Positions 1 through 11,188 of a stretch of 64,000 nt of DNA are shown here, piece after piece. The notes under the pieces were generated by a model. That model had not been told where the DNA came from, ran no database searches, and saw only the letters and a list, made by a program, of their open reading frames with translations. A program made the position numbers and the translations under genes. The DNA is from Candidatus Thorarchaeota archaeon. GTDB lineage: Archaea > Asgardarchaeota > Thorarchaeia > Thorarchaeales > Thorarchaeaceae. How positions within the stretch are numbered: the stretch's first letter is position 1; every line of letters begins with the position of its first letter. The stretch lies in assembly GCA_963726195.1 (NCBI GenBank), contig CAVSBO010000003.1:768001-832000 (forward strand). Reading direction: 5' to 3'.

Positions 1-1036
1 AGCCAGCGACCAAGCCGACAATCACACCGACGAGAGTCGATAGAGCGGTAGCAACGACTCCAATTATCAGTGACATCCTACTTCCGAACACCAGCTGACT
101 CCAGGCATCAGCTCCCTTGTCTGTCGTACCCAATATTCCGTAGTAACCGCCGTAGCAAATCATGCTGGCTCTTAGGACTTGGACAGTAACCGACCCATTG
201 TAGGTCTTCCAAGGATACTCACCGTTGGAATAGCGGAATTGGCTCGTTGGTGCAAGCCCAATTGCGACCCGGAGCTGATCCGTCGGGTCTTCCTGTACAC
301 CGTTCTTGTCCTTTATCATTCCGGCCCATCCGTCCTGCATTTCAAATGAACTTAGCAAGACACGGCGGCCCTGAATAGTGGGGGTATATGGCGGAGATGA
401 ATGGTAAATCATCGTCCAGTTACCTGAGGAGTCAATCACCCAGACGTAGACCTTAAACATCAGTCCCCCATTGGTCTGGTTCAGAAAAGATCCGGTCAGG
501 GTCACACCATAGTCTATGCTGAAGTTGACTGCTGTCGGCAAGCGTTCTGCTGGCCAATCGAAAGTCTCGTTGACGTAGACGAAGTCACGACAGTCAGGAA
601 GTTGACTGAAAGGGATTAACGGCACGATGAAACCAAGTGACGTGTTTGCAGTGTGTGCCCATGTCATGTTCACATAGCTTGTATCATTTTCGTTCGCTGC
701 TGCGTGATGAACCACGCCGAACTCCGTTGAGTTACCCGCTATGACCTCACCTGGTGGGGAAGCGAAGTATGGATCGGGCATGTACTCTTTTGTCACTACT
801 GCACCGGGGTCAAACACTTCTGTCCAACCGGGCGCTTGGAAAGGAGCTGCTATCCTCGCACTTGGAGATGGGCTGTTTACAACAAGATAGGGCGCGAACA
901 CAGCCATTCCAACGAAGAAGATTAGGAGGATAAGCCCGAACATGCCTATGTGGTGCTTGCGATACTCCTTCGCAAACCCTCTAATGCTCACATACCAATT
1001 GCTGTCTTTCCAACCGGTCTTCTTACCTTGGGACAA
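1..1036 (-). CDS. dppC: Peptide/oligopeptide ABC transporter permease (DppC/OppC-like) with large extracellular insertion; runs off window edge
   Basis: Not in ORF track. Own translation from TTG 1036 (AAGGAGG upstream): MSQGKKTGWKD...GMFGLILLIFFVGMAVFAPYL...ILGTTDKGADAWSQLVFGSRMSLIIGVVATALSTLVGVIVGLVAG, matching the DppC LGTD-G-D...G-R-SL motif. Confidence 0.9.
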   Translation of the reverse strand, partial: MSQGKKTGWKDSNWYVSIRGFAKEYRKHHIGMFGLILLIFFVGMAVFAPYLVVNSPSPSARIAAPFQAPGWTEVFDPGAVVTKEYMPDPYFASPPGEVIAGNSTEFGVVHHAAANENDTSYVNMTWAHTANTSLGFIVPLIPFSQLPDCRDFVYVNETFDWPAERLPTAVNFSIDYGVTLTGSFLNQTNGGLMFKVYVWVIDSSGNWTMIYHSSPPYTPTIQGRRVLLSSFEMQDGWAGMIKDKNGVQEDPTDQLRVAIGLAPTSQFRYSNGEYPWKTYNGSVTVQVLRASMICYGGYYGILGTTDKGADAWSQLVFGSRMSLIIGVVATALSTLVGVIVGLVAG

Positions 1037-1196
1037 GTGCTGACCTCCTTGTGAAGAGTCGGGGATAGCCGGATGCACCCGTCTGATGCTCAGACACGTC
1101 ATTTCCTATGACTCTTGCGCATAGCGAAACCAAGCGAGCACCTAAAAAACAGTTTGGTTGGAGTAATGGGCCGCGCACTAGGACCGACTCCTCTTC

Positions 1197-1520
1197 TTAC
1201 TTGTCAGTCTCCAACTCATCTTCAAACGGGTCGAAAGCGGAGTTTCCGGCCCCCGCCTCAATTTCCGTGACCCCCTTTGATTTTGGGAGCGACTTGTTAA
1301 GACGGGCAGACGCCCAGAGATCAGCAAAGACCATCGCCACTAAGAAGAACGAAATGGCACCGGCAAGGGATATTATGATACCAAAGAAACCGGTCGACAA
1401 CCACGGATGCAGATACATGAGCAACCAACCGCAGATGATTAGGACAACCGGAATCATGAGAATTCGTTTCTTGGGCTCTTGCCGCGGACTTGGAAATCGT
1501 CTAGCTCGCATCTGAATCAA
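1197..1520 (-). CDS. Small hypothetical membrane protein (2 TM)
   Basis: 107-aa ORF with two hydrophobic segments and an acidic tail; co-oriented with dppC. Confidence 0.6.
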   Translation of the reverse strand: MIQMRARRFPSPRQEPKKRILMIPVVLIICGWLLMYLHPWLSTGFFGIIISLAGAISFFLVAMVFADLWASARLNKSLPKSKGVTEIEAGAGNSAFDPFEDELETDK

Positions 1521-1727
1521 TTCTACAACATCGCCCTCGACTTTTACTCTTTTTGAATTAAGCGGCTTTCAGACATCTCATGCAATCGTCGTCTGCATTA
1601 CACAATCGCTATGAGGCTCGGTCGTGCAATGCAAGAACAATGAAAACATGAACGACCGAGTCTAGTCGCTCGGCCGAAAGAGACTACCATTTACACACCT
1701 GTTGGCGCATGAACTGGCTCTTCTTTG

Positions 1728-1746
1728 AAAGGAACATATTTAAGCC
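1728..1746 (+). promoter_or_regulatory. Putative archaeal BRE/TATA promoter for dppDF
   Basis: Purine-rich AAAGGAA followed by TATTTAAG about 70 bp upstream of the TTG at 1810. Confidence 0.4.
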
Positions 1747-1809
1747 CACTCAAGAGCATCGACACCCTAGAAGGGTGAGGAAGGACCACACCCCCACAGA
1801 TTCAGATGC

Positions 1810-2817
1810 TTGGCGGAGAACACAAACATGCCTTTGCTCGACATCAGAAACCTGCGCATGTATTACCAGACACAGAAGGGTTTGGTAAAAGCCGTGGATA
1901 ACGTTTCTCTCCAGCTGGAGCCAGGTGAGTCCCTCGGGCTTGCCGGCGAAAGCGGCTGCGGCAAAAGCAGTCTCGCATATTCCGTCATGCAGCTGCTGCC
2001 ACCAGCAGCCAACATCGTGGGGGGCAACTGTTACTTCAAAGGAGAAGACCTACTGCGCAAGACCCCAAGAGAGATGAGGGACATAAGATGGAAGAACATT
2101 GCGATTGTTTTCCAAGGCGCGATGAACGCTCTCAACCCCGTCTTTGAGATTGGAGACCAAATTGCGGAAGCCATCTTGATGCATGAGAATGTCACTGAAG
2201 AAGAGGCACTCGACAGGTGTGCCAAGCTTTTTGAAATGGTTGGCCTCGATCCGAGTCGAACGCGCAACTATCCACATGAGTTCAGCGGTGGCATGAGGCA
2301 GAGAGCCATGATAGCAATGGCCTTGGCCTGTAACCCCGACCTTGTAATTGCGGACGAGCCAACAACTGCTCTCGATGTAACAATTCAGGCTCAGATTCTG
2401 AAGCTCATGCAGAAGCTGCAGAAGGACCTTGGCTTGTCACTGATTCTAATCACCCACGACCTGAGTGTGATAGCAGAGACGTGCGATAAGGTTGCAATCA
2501 TGTATGCGGGACGAATAGCAGAACTCGCAGATGTCATATCGGTCTTCAAGGACCCAATCCACCCCTATGCTACTGGGCTCGTGGGCGCGATCCCGAGCAT
2601 GGTGAAGGCCGAGAAGAAGACGCTTTCGTCAATTCCTGGGTCACCGCCAGACCTCATCGACCCACCAACGGGATGTAGGTTCCACCCAAGGTGTCCCTAT
2701 GCTCAAGACATTTGCTCCAAAGAGGAACCAGCCCTTGACGAAATCGAACCGGGCAGGTTCGTATCATGCCATTTCGCGAAACAGCTCAAGGGGCAGATAA
2801 AGATAGAAATGGACTAG
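1810..2817 (+). CDS. dppD: Oligopeptide/dipeptide ABC transporter ATP-binding protein
   Basis: Walker A GESGCGKS, signature FSGGMRQR, Walker B IADEPTTALD, C-terminal GCRFHPRC...C oligo_HPY motif. Confidence 0.95.
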   Translation: MAENTNMPLLDIRNLRMYYQTQKGLVKAVDNVSLQLEPGESLGLAGESGCGKSSLAYSVMQLLPPAANIVGGNCYFKGEDLLRKTPREMRDIRWKNIAIVFQGAMNALNPVFEIGDQIAEAILMHENVTEEEALDRCAKLFEMVGLDPSRTRNYPHEFSGGMRQRAMIAMALACNPDLVIADEPTTALDVTIQAQILKLMQKLQKDLGLSLILITHDLSVIAETCDKVAIMYAGRIAELADVISVFKDPIHPYATGLVGAIPSMVKAEKKTLSSIPGSPPDLIDPPTGCRFHPRCPYAQDICSKEEPALDEIEPGRFVSCHFAKQLKGQIKIEMD

Positions 2818-2828
2818 GAGAACTGAGA

Positions 2829-3890
2829 ATGGCAACAATCACGAGCAGATATCTGACCCAGATGGAAGATGTGGCGGACGGCGAGACGCTGATTTCTGTC
2901 AGTAATATGCGCAAGTGGTTCCCCGTGAACACAGGTTTTCTTTCTTCGCTGCTCTACAAACAGGAGCTGTATGTGAGAGCGGTAGATGGTGTCACGTTCG
3001 ATATCAAGAAAGGGGAGGTCTTGGTCCTTGCTGGCGAGTCCGGCTGCGGCAAGACAACGACGGGCAGATGCATACTCTTCCTTGAGACTCCTACAGATGG
3101 CCAAGTTTCCTATGCTGGTTTGGATCTGGCAACACTGGACCGAAACGAGATGAAGGAACTCAGAAAGAGGATGCAGATTACTTTTCAAGATCCTTACGAG
3201 TCTCTGAATCCTAAACAGAGCATCTTCAGTATAGTGTCAGAGCCGCTCATGGTGCACAAGGTGCCGCTCTCACCAAGCCAAAGAAGGGAACGTGTGCTTG
3301 AGGTCCTTGAGAACGTATCGCTGACACCACCTGACGACTACATAGATAGGTACCCTCACGAGCTCTCAGGAGGCCAGAGGCAGAGAATATCTGTAGCTCG
3401 AGCACTGATTCTCCATCCGGAGTTCATGGTCGCAGATGAGCCTGTGTCAATGCTCGATGTTTCGATTCGTGCTGAAATCCTGAATCTGCTTCTTAAGCTT
3501 AGGAAAGACTTGGGACTGACTTACCTCTTCATAACACATGATTTGGCAGTGGCCACGTATATCGCGGATCGGATAGCCGTTATGTATCTGGGCAAGATCG
3601 TCGAGTTGGGACCATCTCACGAGGTCGCTTTCAATCCTGAGCATCCGTACACACGCGCACTCATCTCGGCAGTGCCTTCAGGAGACCCCACTGTGAAGCG
3701 TCGTATTGAGGCATTGAAGGGTGAACCACCGAGCCCTATAAACGTCCCTCCAGGTTGCAGATTCCACCCGCGGTGTCCCTATGCGCAGGAGATTTGCGTA
3801 CGAGAGATTCCTGAGGATAGAGACATGGGCAATGGACACATAGTTGCATGCCATTTTGCTGGTGAGCTTGGCGGACCAGTCGGATCTTAG
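2829..3890 (+). CDS. dppF: Oligopeptide/dipeptide ABC transporter ATP-binding protein
   Basis: GESGCGKT, LSGGQRQR, ADEPVSMLD, GCRFHPRC; start placed at ATG 2829 after an AGGAG RBS. Confidence 0.95.
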   Translation: MATITSRYLTQMEDVADGETLISVSNMRKWFPVNTGFLSSLLYKQELYVRAVDGVTFDIKKGEVLVLAGESGCGKTTTGRCILFLETPTDGQVSYAGLDLATLDRNEMKELRKRMQITFQDPYESLNPKQSIFSIVSEPLMVHKVPLSPSQRRERVLEVLENVSLTPPDDYIDRYPHELSGGQRQRISVARALILHPEFMVADEPVSMLDVSIRAEILNLLLKLRKDLGLTYLFITHDLAVATYIADRIAVMYLGKIVELGPSHEVAFNPEHPYTRALISAVPSGDPTVKRRIEALKGEPPSPINVPPGCRFHPRCPYAQEICVREIPEDRDMGNGHIVACHFAGELGGPVGS

Positions 3891-3975
3891 AAACACAGCC
3901 TCAGCTCCAGCGTTCAAATGAAAGCTCAGCGCCTATTGCCCACGCCTAGCCTTACGAGAATTGTGAGATGTGGGC

Positions 3976-4404
3976 ATGTCGGACAGATCAAAAATCCTCA
4001 AGGGAATCAGGAGATGTCTCTCGGACGCATGCTCTCTGTTCCAAGAAACGATCGATACACTCGACAGAATCGGCAGGGCAGACCTGGGGGCTGGCCTGAC
4101 TACGCTCGTGGGTGGCTATGCCATGAAGAATCCACAGGAGGACTACAGAAGAGCTCTCATTATACTCGATTCCGCCGAGAAAGCACTTCAACCTCTTGCC
4201 GTCCGTCTTCGCGATGGAAGGGTCAATTCAAGCCACTTCGAGGACGAAAGGGCAATCGTCCTTCTGAGAGACGTAACTGAGTTTGACTACAACATCCTAA
4301 TCAATCTACTCAGCGAAAGGCGCGGCAGAGACTCTGTATCGTTTAGACTTATTGAGCTGAGGAAGAAGGCGAAGGAAGCCTACGACCTGGTCTCAAACGA
4401 CTGA
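3976..4404 (+). CDS. Hypothetical protein (alpha-helical)
   Basis: 142-aa ORF with amphipathic helical composition; no recognised motif. Confidence 0.6.
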   Translation: MSDRSKILKGIRRCLSDACSLFQETIDTLDRIGRADLGAGLTTLVGGYAMKNPQEDYRRALIILDSAEKALQPLAVRLRDGRVNSSHFEDERAIVLLRDVTEFDYNILINLLSERRGRDSVSFRLIELRKKAKEAYDLVSND

Positions 4405-4588
4405 CAGATAGCTTGGTCTCGTGTGCAACAATCAACAAAGCTAATAACAACAAGGCGAGCTTAGTAAGATGGTTTGAGGGCAGACACATGATGCCCACCA
4501 ACCAGCTCCCGCTGTCCAACATGACAAAGCAAAGCAAGCATGCGTGGAACCCAATCTCACATTTACCCCTCACCCTAGGTGCAGGAAT

Positions 4589-7500
4589 ATGCGGATCGAT
4601 TCTTCGGGACCAAGAGAGACCCCGCTCCCTTTTGCCCATGGCATAGAGATAGAACTCCAAGTCATAAGAAAAGACGGTACGTGGATGAGGGGAAATGAGA
4701 TACTCGAGGTCTTCGACAAGCTAGTTTCAAATGCGAAGAACCTGTTGGAGAAGAGAATTAGAACTGCCGAACTAGCATCAGTCAAGACGAAATACAGGCG
4801 GTCTCAACAGACAGAGGAGGGCGAGAGAGGCTCAAGGATTGTAACAAGCTATGTGGACCCTGAGGGTGAGGTGAGGAGCTTCACCCTCATTGGCCATGAT
4901 CCGAATGTCACTAGTTTGACATGGATTCTGGAAGTCTCAACGCCACCATGCACGACACTCGAAGAGCTGGCCTGGTGGGTCCAGACGCTTGTGGCAATTA
5001 GCTACGAATCGTTGCCCAGGGACTCCCACAGCATAATGATCTCGACGGGCCTTAATCCAACCCAAGAGTATCTGAGAAATCTTTCGTTCGGCGAACATCA
5101 TCATATTCTCAGCAAGTCAACAGATGACAAGACGCGCATCGCCGTCTATAATATGATACGCAATTTCATGCCCCATCTCATTGCATTGTCGGTCAACTCG
5201 CCCTTTGAAAACAAGAAGCCTACGGATGTTGTTACTATTGACGACCAAGGTCGTACCCGGGCTCCTCGATGCAAACGCTCGATTCGTCTTCTCAGAAATA
5301 CTACACAGATGGGACCGACCAACGAATTCGAGCTTATACCCTACATCACCAACTTGGACAAGCAGAGTTTCGCAAAGCGTGTCAACAAGAGCTATGCACG
5401 CATGGTGGATGTTTATCCTTTCACTGATTACGATACAATAGAGGTGCGCGTGTTCGACACTCAACTGTCTGTTCCCCGGAGAGTTGGAATCGCGCTAATC
5501 CTGCAAGCACTGGCACTCAAGGCAAAGCACATGGTCGAGAAAGGAGAACCTGTTCCTGACGTCGGTGCCAAGTGCTTGGCTGCCAACCGCGAATCTGCAG
5601 TCGCGGGCAGGTTTGTGGGGTCCTTTCAAGTCTGCTGAGACCCGCGAAAACAATCGCTACATTACAACATACAATTCCACCATAGGTGAAGACGGGTCTA
5701 TCATGGAATCGAGACCGAATCGGTTCATGGCAGATGCGGTTTCGTCCATGTTTTACCTAATCAAGAAGGAATTGGAAGATCTCGGAGCGATTGACAATTC
5801 CTTCATGCAACCCCTTCTTGTTTCTCTGTTCGGAAGCGAATCCACAGAACCAAGAACAACTGGCGCAGACTTTCAGCTGGACGTGTATGCCAAATCCGAC
5901 ATGAATATTGTCGTCTTGCTAAAACGCTTGGCAGACATTACTCGGGAATGCTGCACAAACTGGCTCTACGACCCACTCGAGGGCACACCTCATATGCCAG
6001 CCTGGCTTTGCTGGTGGAAGGGACTTGAACCGGAAATTACGGTAGACTCTGATAGAATCTTCGGAGGTCAGGACGGTGGATTTTCAATATCGCTCAGAAA
6101 CTCGACGAGCCATAATTTTGAAAACGTATCCGTCGGCTACACAATCGAAGACTCTGAAAGACATGTGACAGACCATAGGGTCTTCTCTGTCGCCAGAATG
6201 ACTCCCCGCCAGATCAACAGGACTAAAATCCCCTTCAAGACAACCATGGGCGCCACTGCTTACAACATTATCGTGACGCTAGGAATCGCCGGGAAGTTCA
6301 TCAACCTCTCGACCACAATCAATACATATTGGATGAAAACGACAATCCGACCATCCGCAACCACACAGTTTGCCGATGGCCGCGGACGAGTCTCTTTTTC
6401 GGGGGAAATAGAAACTAACTACCCAAGCAGTATCCGACTGAACATAGGAGTATCAGTACTGTCAATCAAGAAGGAAACAGCACTCGCCCAGACATCCCGT
6501 GTCCAAATGGTAGAGAAGAGTGAAACGCTTCTTTTCGATGAGTCAGTGTTTCCTTCGCTCACCATTCCTGCAGATGCCTCACAGGGTGTCGAAAGATGCG
6601 TGCTCAGGATCGAGCTGGTAGATGAGGCGGGGGTCTTGGTTTCGAGTTCCACATCAAGACCGTTCTACATCGGATTCGTGAGCCAAGGCCCGACGATTCT
6701 TCTTAGAACGAATGCTAAATCTGTCCACGCCTCAGGTGACATGGTGCACGGAGAAGTCGAGCTCAGAGGCAGAGGGGGGCCTCTGCCTAGAGATGCAAGG
6801 TTGGTTATCGCATTCGTGTCAGATTCCGGGACAGCCCTTGGAATTGGTGAATGCAATGCGTCTGAGCTTCTTCGTGATACCTACCGCTTTGATTGGACAG
6901 TACCGCATATGGAGTCCGAGGAAACATCGGACAGGTCCGGAGCAATAGTTGCTCAGCTTCTGGATCAAAGAGAGGAAATCTCCAGGGCTGAGTCCGCAAG
7001 ACTTCGGATTGCTTTGCTTAACATAAGAATGAGTATTGACTCACTAAGGGTTCCCGAAAGGTCAATGGTCGGAGAAGCCGTATCCGGCTGGCTAAGGATA
7101 GAGAGAAACACGGACCTAGGGGACCCTGCGACACTCGTGATGAAGCTTCAATTTCCTAATGGAGAGGAACATCACATTGTGGAACAACCAATTAAGCCAA
7201 ACAAGAACCTCTCAGTCGCGTACGGGCCCATCGTGATACCGAAACCGACCAACGTTCCAAGTCCGAAGCTTGTCACTCTCATCGCCGAACTGCATTACGG
7301 AGGGGCCGTTCTCGATCGCAAGTCCGTTGACATCAATTTGACAGCAGGCCAAAGAGATGAAACACTGGCCCTGAGTGTAAGCGGCGTCCCGCGATTCGCC
7401 GCTCCCGATGAACTAGTGCGCATGGCTGTTGTCATCAGCAACAACTCTCCGGACAACATCAGATGCAATTTGATTGCTAGCCTGGATTCCATATTGGGCA

Positions 7501-8031
7501 TGAAGGAAATCCTAAATCAAGACCTAGAGCTTTCTTCACAACGGGCGAGAACCTTTGACGTTCCCTTCAGAGTGCCACTTGCTGCTGAGATGAGCTCAGC
7601 AGAACTGATACTTGTCGCAGATCATGATGGGAGCAAATGCGAAGCAAGGCACATCATCAAGGTCAAACCAATAGAACAAGCTCTATTTCATGTGGATTTC
7701 TCTCTGAAGAATGAAAGAGGCGAGGAAATCCGGGGTCTGGTCCCGCGACAATCCCCCCTTGACATAACTCTCAAAGTCATGTGCCCAAGGAGTGGAATCG
7801 AGAGTCTCGAAGTCAGCTCTTCGCATTATGTCGAGAAGGCAAGTTGTGGAGGAGTTCAGAATTCCTATGCCACCCAGCAACACGCTCAACTTCGACACCC
7901 GCGTCGGATGGGTAACACCGCCTGTAGAACTCGTGACAGGCTACTATCTTGAAGCTGTGGTCTCAGCTGATGGCAGAGCTCTCCCAGGCCGTGCAGTCAG
8001 TATTGCCGAGAGGCAATTCACAGTCTATTGA
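4589..8031 (+). CDS. GCS2/YbdK-family carboxylate-amine ligase fused to about six C-terminal Ig-like beta-sandwich domains (joined across apparent indels near 5606 and 7816)
   Basis: GCS2 motifs HGIEIELQ, LEVSTPPC, FGEHHHI, PHLIALSVNSPF and TIEVRVFDTQ. ORFs 4544-5638, 5565-7952 and 7792-8031 overlap and read through as one protein if single extra bases are removed; the C-terminal part is repeated ~110-aa beta-rich units. Confidence 0.8.
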
Positions 8032-8316
8032 ATTGGCGTTCCCGGAACACAAGCATCGATTCCTAGAAAGTCTGTCGCCATCAACCAGCAAAGGCGGGCA
8101 GGCAGCCTGCCCAAGGCCACAGAACGGGACCATCCCCTCAAGAACGCCGAATTTGGCCTTCGGACCCTTGGAAAAGACATAATAAGGGCGTTTGGAATTC
8201 TGAACTAACATTTGACACGAAAATCGATACGGGATTTATGCTCATAGAATTCTCCCGTCTTGCACTCATACAATGACTCGTGCTTCGTAACACTAACAAA
8301 TGGATGGATGAGTCGC

Positions 8317-9234
8317 ATGTTCGAACTACTCTCGAACCCGGTTGTTTCCGGACTACTGATAATGACTGTGATTGGAGCGGTAAGCTACAAAGCGCACTTC
8401 GTTGACATATCTGGGTTGATTAGTGCTTTCATGGTTGGATTCATCATTTGGTATGCCGGCGGACCTGCAGCATTCACTATTATTCTGTTCTTCTTTCTAA
8501 GCTCAGGGGTAGCGACCAAGTTCAAGTACAAATCCAAAGCGAAACAAGGAGTAGCCCAAGAAGCGAAGGGAAGAAGATCATGGAGAAACGTGACAGCAAG
8601 CGGCATTGTTCCGGCACTCTTTGCAATCGGCATGTACCTTGCTCCTCGTCTGTCAACTAACCCAGACCTGCCCTTCTTCATGTTCGTAGGGCTCGTTGGC
8701 GCTATCGCAACTACTACCTCAGACAACTTGGCTAGTGAGATTGGAGTGTTCAGCAAGAAGACGCCACGGCTGATAACGAATCTCAGGAGGAAGGTTCCCA
8801 AGGGTACCATAGGTGGAGTCTCTCTCCTAGGGGAACAGGCCGCCTTGGCTGCCGGTTTGGCAATTGGTGTCATTCTGGTCCTATTCGCATACTTCCTGCC
8901 ATCGACTGTACCGATAACGAGGCCAGATCAGATTATGATGTTCATTCCCTTGGCGGCCCTAACAGGTTTTGTTGGCTGCAATATGGATAGTGTTCTTGGT
9001 GCGATGATTCAGAACAAATTCGTATGCGATATCTGTGGAGCAGTCACAGACAAGGAAGTCCACTGCAACTATGCGACCAAGTATGTCGGCGGCTGTACGT
9101 GGTTCTCGAACATGCATGTCAATCTTGGCTCATCAAGTATGGGAGCCGTACTGGGGATGGTCCTCGGCGTAGGCCTCTTTGTGTGGGTGTTCGGCGGGGT
9201 CTTCTTCTGGATACTCGCATCGTCGAGTAGCTAG
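8317..9234 (+). CDS. DUF92/TMEM19-family membrane protein with Cys-rich insert
   Basis: GRRSWRNV, DNLASEIG, GTIGGVSLLG and DSVLGA motifs; CDICG...HC insert. Confidence 0.9.
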   Translation: MFELLSNPVVSGLLIMTVIGAVSYKAHFVDISGLISAFMVGFIIWYAGGPAAFTIILFFFLSSGVATKFKYKSKAKQGVAQEAKGRRSWRNVTASGIVPALFAIGMYLAPRLSTNPDLPFFMFVGLVGAIATTTSDNLASEIGVFSKKTPRLITNLRRKVPKGTIGGVSLLGEQAALAAGLAIGVILVLFAYFLPSTVPITRPDQIMMFIPLAALTGFVGCNMDSVLGAMIQNKFVCDICGAVTDKEVHCNYATKYVGGCTWFSNMHVNLGSSSMGAVLGMVLGVGLFVWVFGGVFFWILASSSS

Positions 9235-9347
9235 TCGCGACGCTCCTCCACCCACAAGTCCCCTTCTTTCCCAGTGTAGATATTCTCATATACGCCACAA
9301 AGGAGCACCCGAGCTCAAGTGCAATCGCACAACTAGGGGTCACAGAG

Positions 9348-10124
9348 ATGCCACCGGTCACGCATTCGCCTGTATATCCTTGGGCTCTCACGGGAGTATT
9401 CGCGGCGTTCCACCTAGTGGTCTCAATGTTACCTTACACGCCTGCAGGAGCCGGGATAATCACGTGGGGCATGGTCTCGGCTGTACTAGTCGGTCTCATT
9501 CTCGGGCCACTCTATGGCACGATCTCTGTTGGAATAGGCTCCATCCTGACAATGATTGCATTCCCGAGCGTGGCCGTCATATCGATATTCACTCCACTTG
9601 CGCCGATGGCCGGGGCCTTGACAGCTGGTGCACTGATAGCCCGCCGCCCGTGGATTCTGTACTGTGTCTTCAGCGCGGCAATTCTGCTCTTCGTCGCCGG
9701 GCCAATAGGATTCATGGCGATAGGATTCCTCTGGCTTCACTGCGCGACTCTTGTGTTCTCATTACTCTACGTTGTTCCCGGGACATCGAGAAAGCTTAGA
9801 AATGGTCTTGAACTATCTAAGGGGACAAGCGCTGTCGTTATTGGTCTGGCATACTGGTTCACAGGTTTCTGTGCACTTATCGCGGACAATCTTGTCGGCT
9901 CTGCCCTCTATCAGTACTATGCGTTTTCAATCGGCTTCGATGCCCCGACCTTGACTGGGATCTACTTGGCAATCATGTTTGTGTATCCTGTGGAGCGCGG
10001 GGTCGCATCGATTGTGCTTGCTGCGATTGCTATTGCCACGAGCAGAGCACTGGCCTCAGCCCACCTGAGTCTTCCCCTGATTGGACTTCACATTGAAGAG
10101 CAAACAGAATTGCTCCGCACTTAA
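9348..10124 (+). CDS. ECF-type transporter substrate-specific (S) component-like membrane protein
   Basis: About 7 TM; LVGLILGPLYG motif and C-terminal YPVER typical of archaeal ECF S components. Confidence 0.6.
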   Translation: MPPVTHSPVYPWALTGVFAAFHLVVSMLPYTPAGAGIITWGMVSAVLVGLILGPLYGTISVGIGSILTMIAFPSVAVISIFTPLAPMAGALTAGALIARRPWILYCVFSAAILLFVAGPIGFMAIGFLWLHCATLVFSLLYVVPGTSRKLRNGLELSKGTSAVVIGLAYWFTGFCALIADNLVGSALYQYYAFSIGFDAPTLTGIYLAIMFVYPVERGVASIVLAAIAIATSRALASAHLSLPLIGLHIEEQTELLRT

Positions 10125-10309
10125 TAGAGAGCAGTCTGGGACCTCTCGGCTGGGTGCAGCTTAAACCGAACTGTCGGAGGACCCCTTCTCTCTTTCATAG
10201 GAGCGAAACTTCATATGCGTTCGCTGCGAGAAGAACCTGGGAATGGGGAATCAGGCCAGCTCTGGTGCCCGCACTGCCCATTTCATTCATGCAAAGGAGC
10301 TGAACTGAA

Positions 10310-11153
10310 TTGCAGTTCGAATTCCTGTTCAACAGCACGCTCTGGACATTCATGATTATCGTGCTCGCGTTTTTCGTGCTTATGTTCGTCGCGAGCGGAA
10401 TCAGGATCTTAAAGGAGTGGGAACGAGTCGCAGTACTTCGTCTCGGCAAGTTCAAGCATATAAAAGGCCCCGGCGTAATCTGGATTATGCCAATCCTCGA
10501 CAAGGTCGCGATGAAGGTTTCTCTTCGACTTCAAACCTACGCTTTCAAGACGGAGAGATCACTCACTCGAGACAACGTTCCAGTTGTCGTGGATGCAGTG
10601 ATGTACTTCAGGGTCATAGAAGTTGAGAAAGCAATCCTCAGCGTTGAGAGGTACGCTGTCGCCGTCGAGCTTGCTGCTCAGACGACACTCCGAGAGGTCA
10701 TAGGCAAGGCACCACTCGACGATCTATTGGCGGAGCGAGACAAGATTGCCGCACATCTGCAGGAAGTCATCGATCTCAAGACTGAACAGTGGGGTATCAA
10801 AGTAACGGCGGTCGAGATTAGAGATGTCGTCATTCCCACTCAGCTGCAGGACGCGATGAGCAGAGAAGCGCAAGCTGAGAGAGAGAAGAGCAAGGGTAAC
10901 GCTGGCTCAAGCAGAGCTGGAAGCCTCTACGGCCATGCTTCAGGCAGCTCGCATATACGAGGAATCGAGCGTCGGTTTTGCGTTGCGTATCTGGAACGTA
11001 ATCCAGCAGATTAGCACGAATGCCAGTCTGATTATGTTGGTGCCTACCAACATACCGGAAGTCGGTCTTAGTGCAGGCACTGCTGCTGCAATAGCGGCGG
11101 GTGCTGGTGGTCTCAAGCTTCAGAGGAAGAAGGCGGCTGAGACAGAGAGCTAG
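10310..11153 (+). CDS. SPFH/band-7 (stomatin-like) protein (frameshift near 10888)
   Basis: N-terminal TM, EWERVAVLRLG, GPG...P.LD, TRDNVPVVVDAV, AQTTLREVIG, WGIKVTAVEIRDV, AEAERE; C-terminus continues in ORF 10935-11153. Confidence 0.9.
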
Positions 11154-11188
11154 ACTACAAGCAATCGAAAAGAAGAGAGAGTGAGAAA

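Noticed and set aside
9235-9347. TPP or other riboswitch upstream of the ECF S component
   Set aside because: No CUGAGA or other aptamer consensus recognisable
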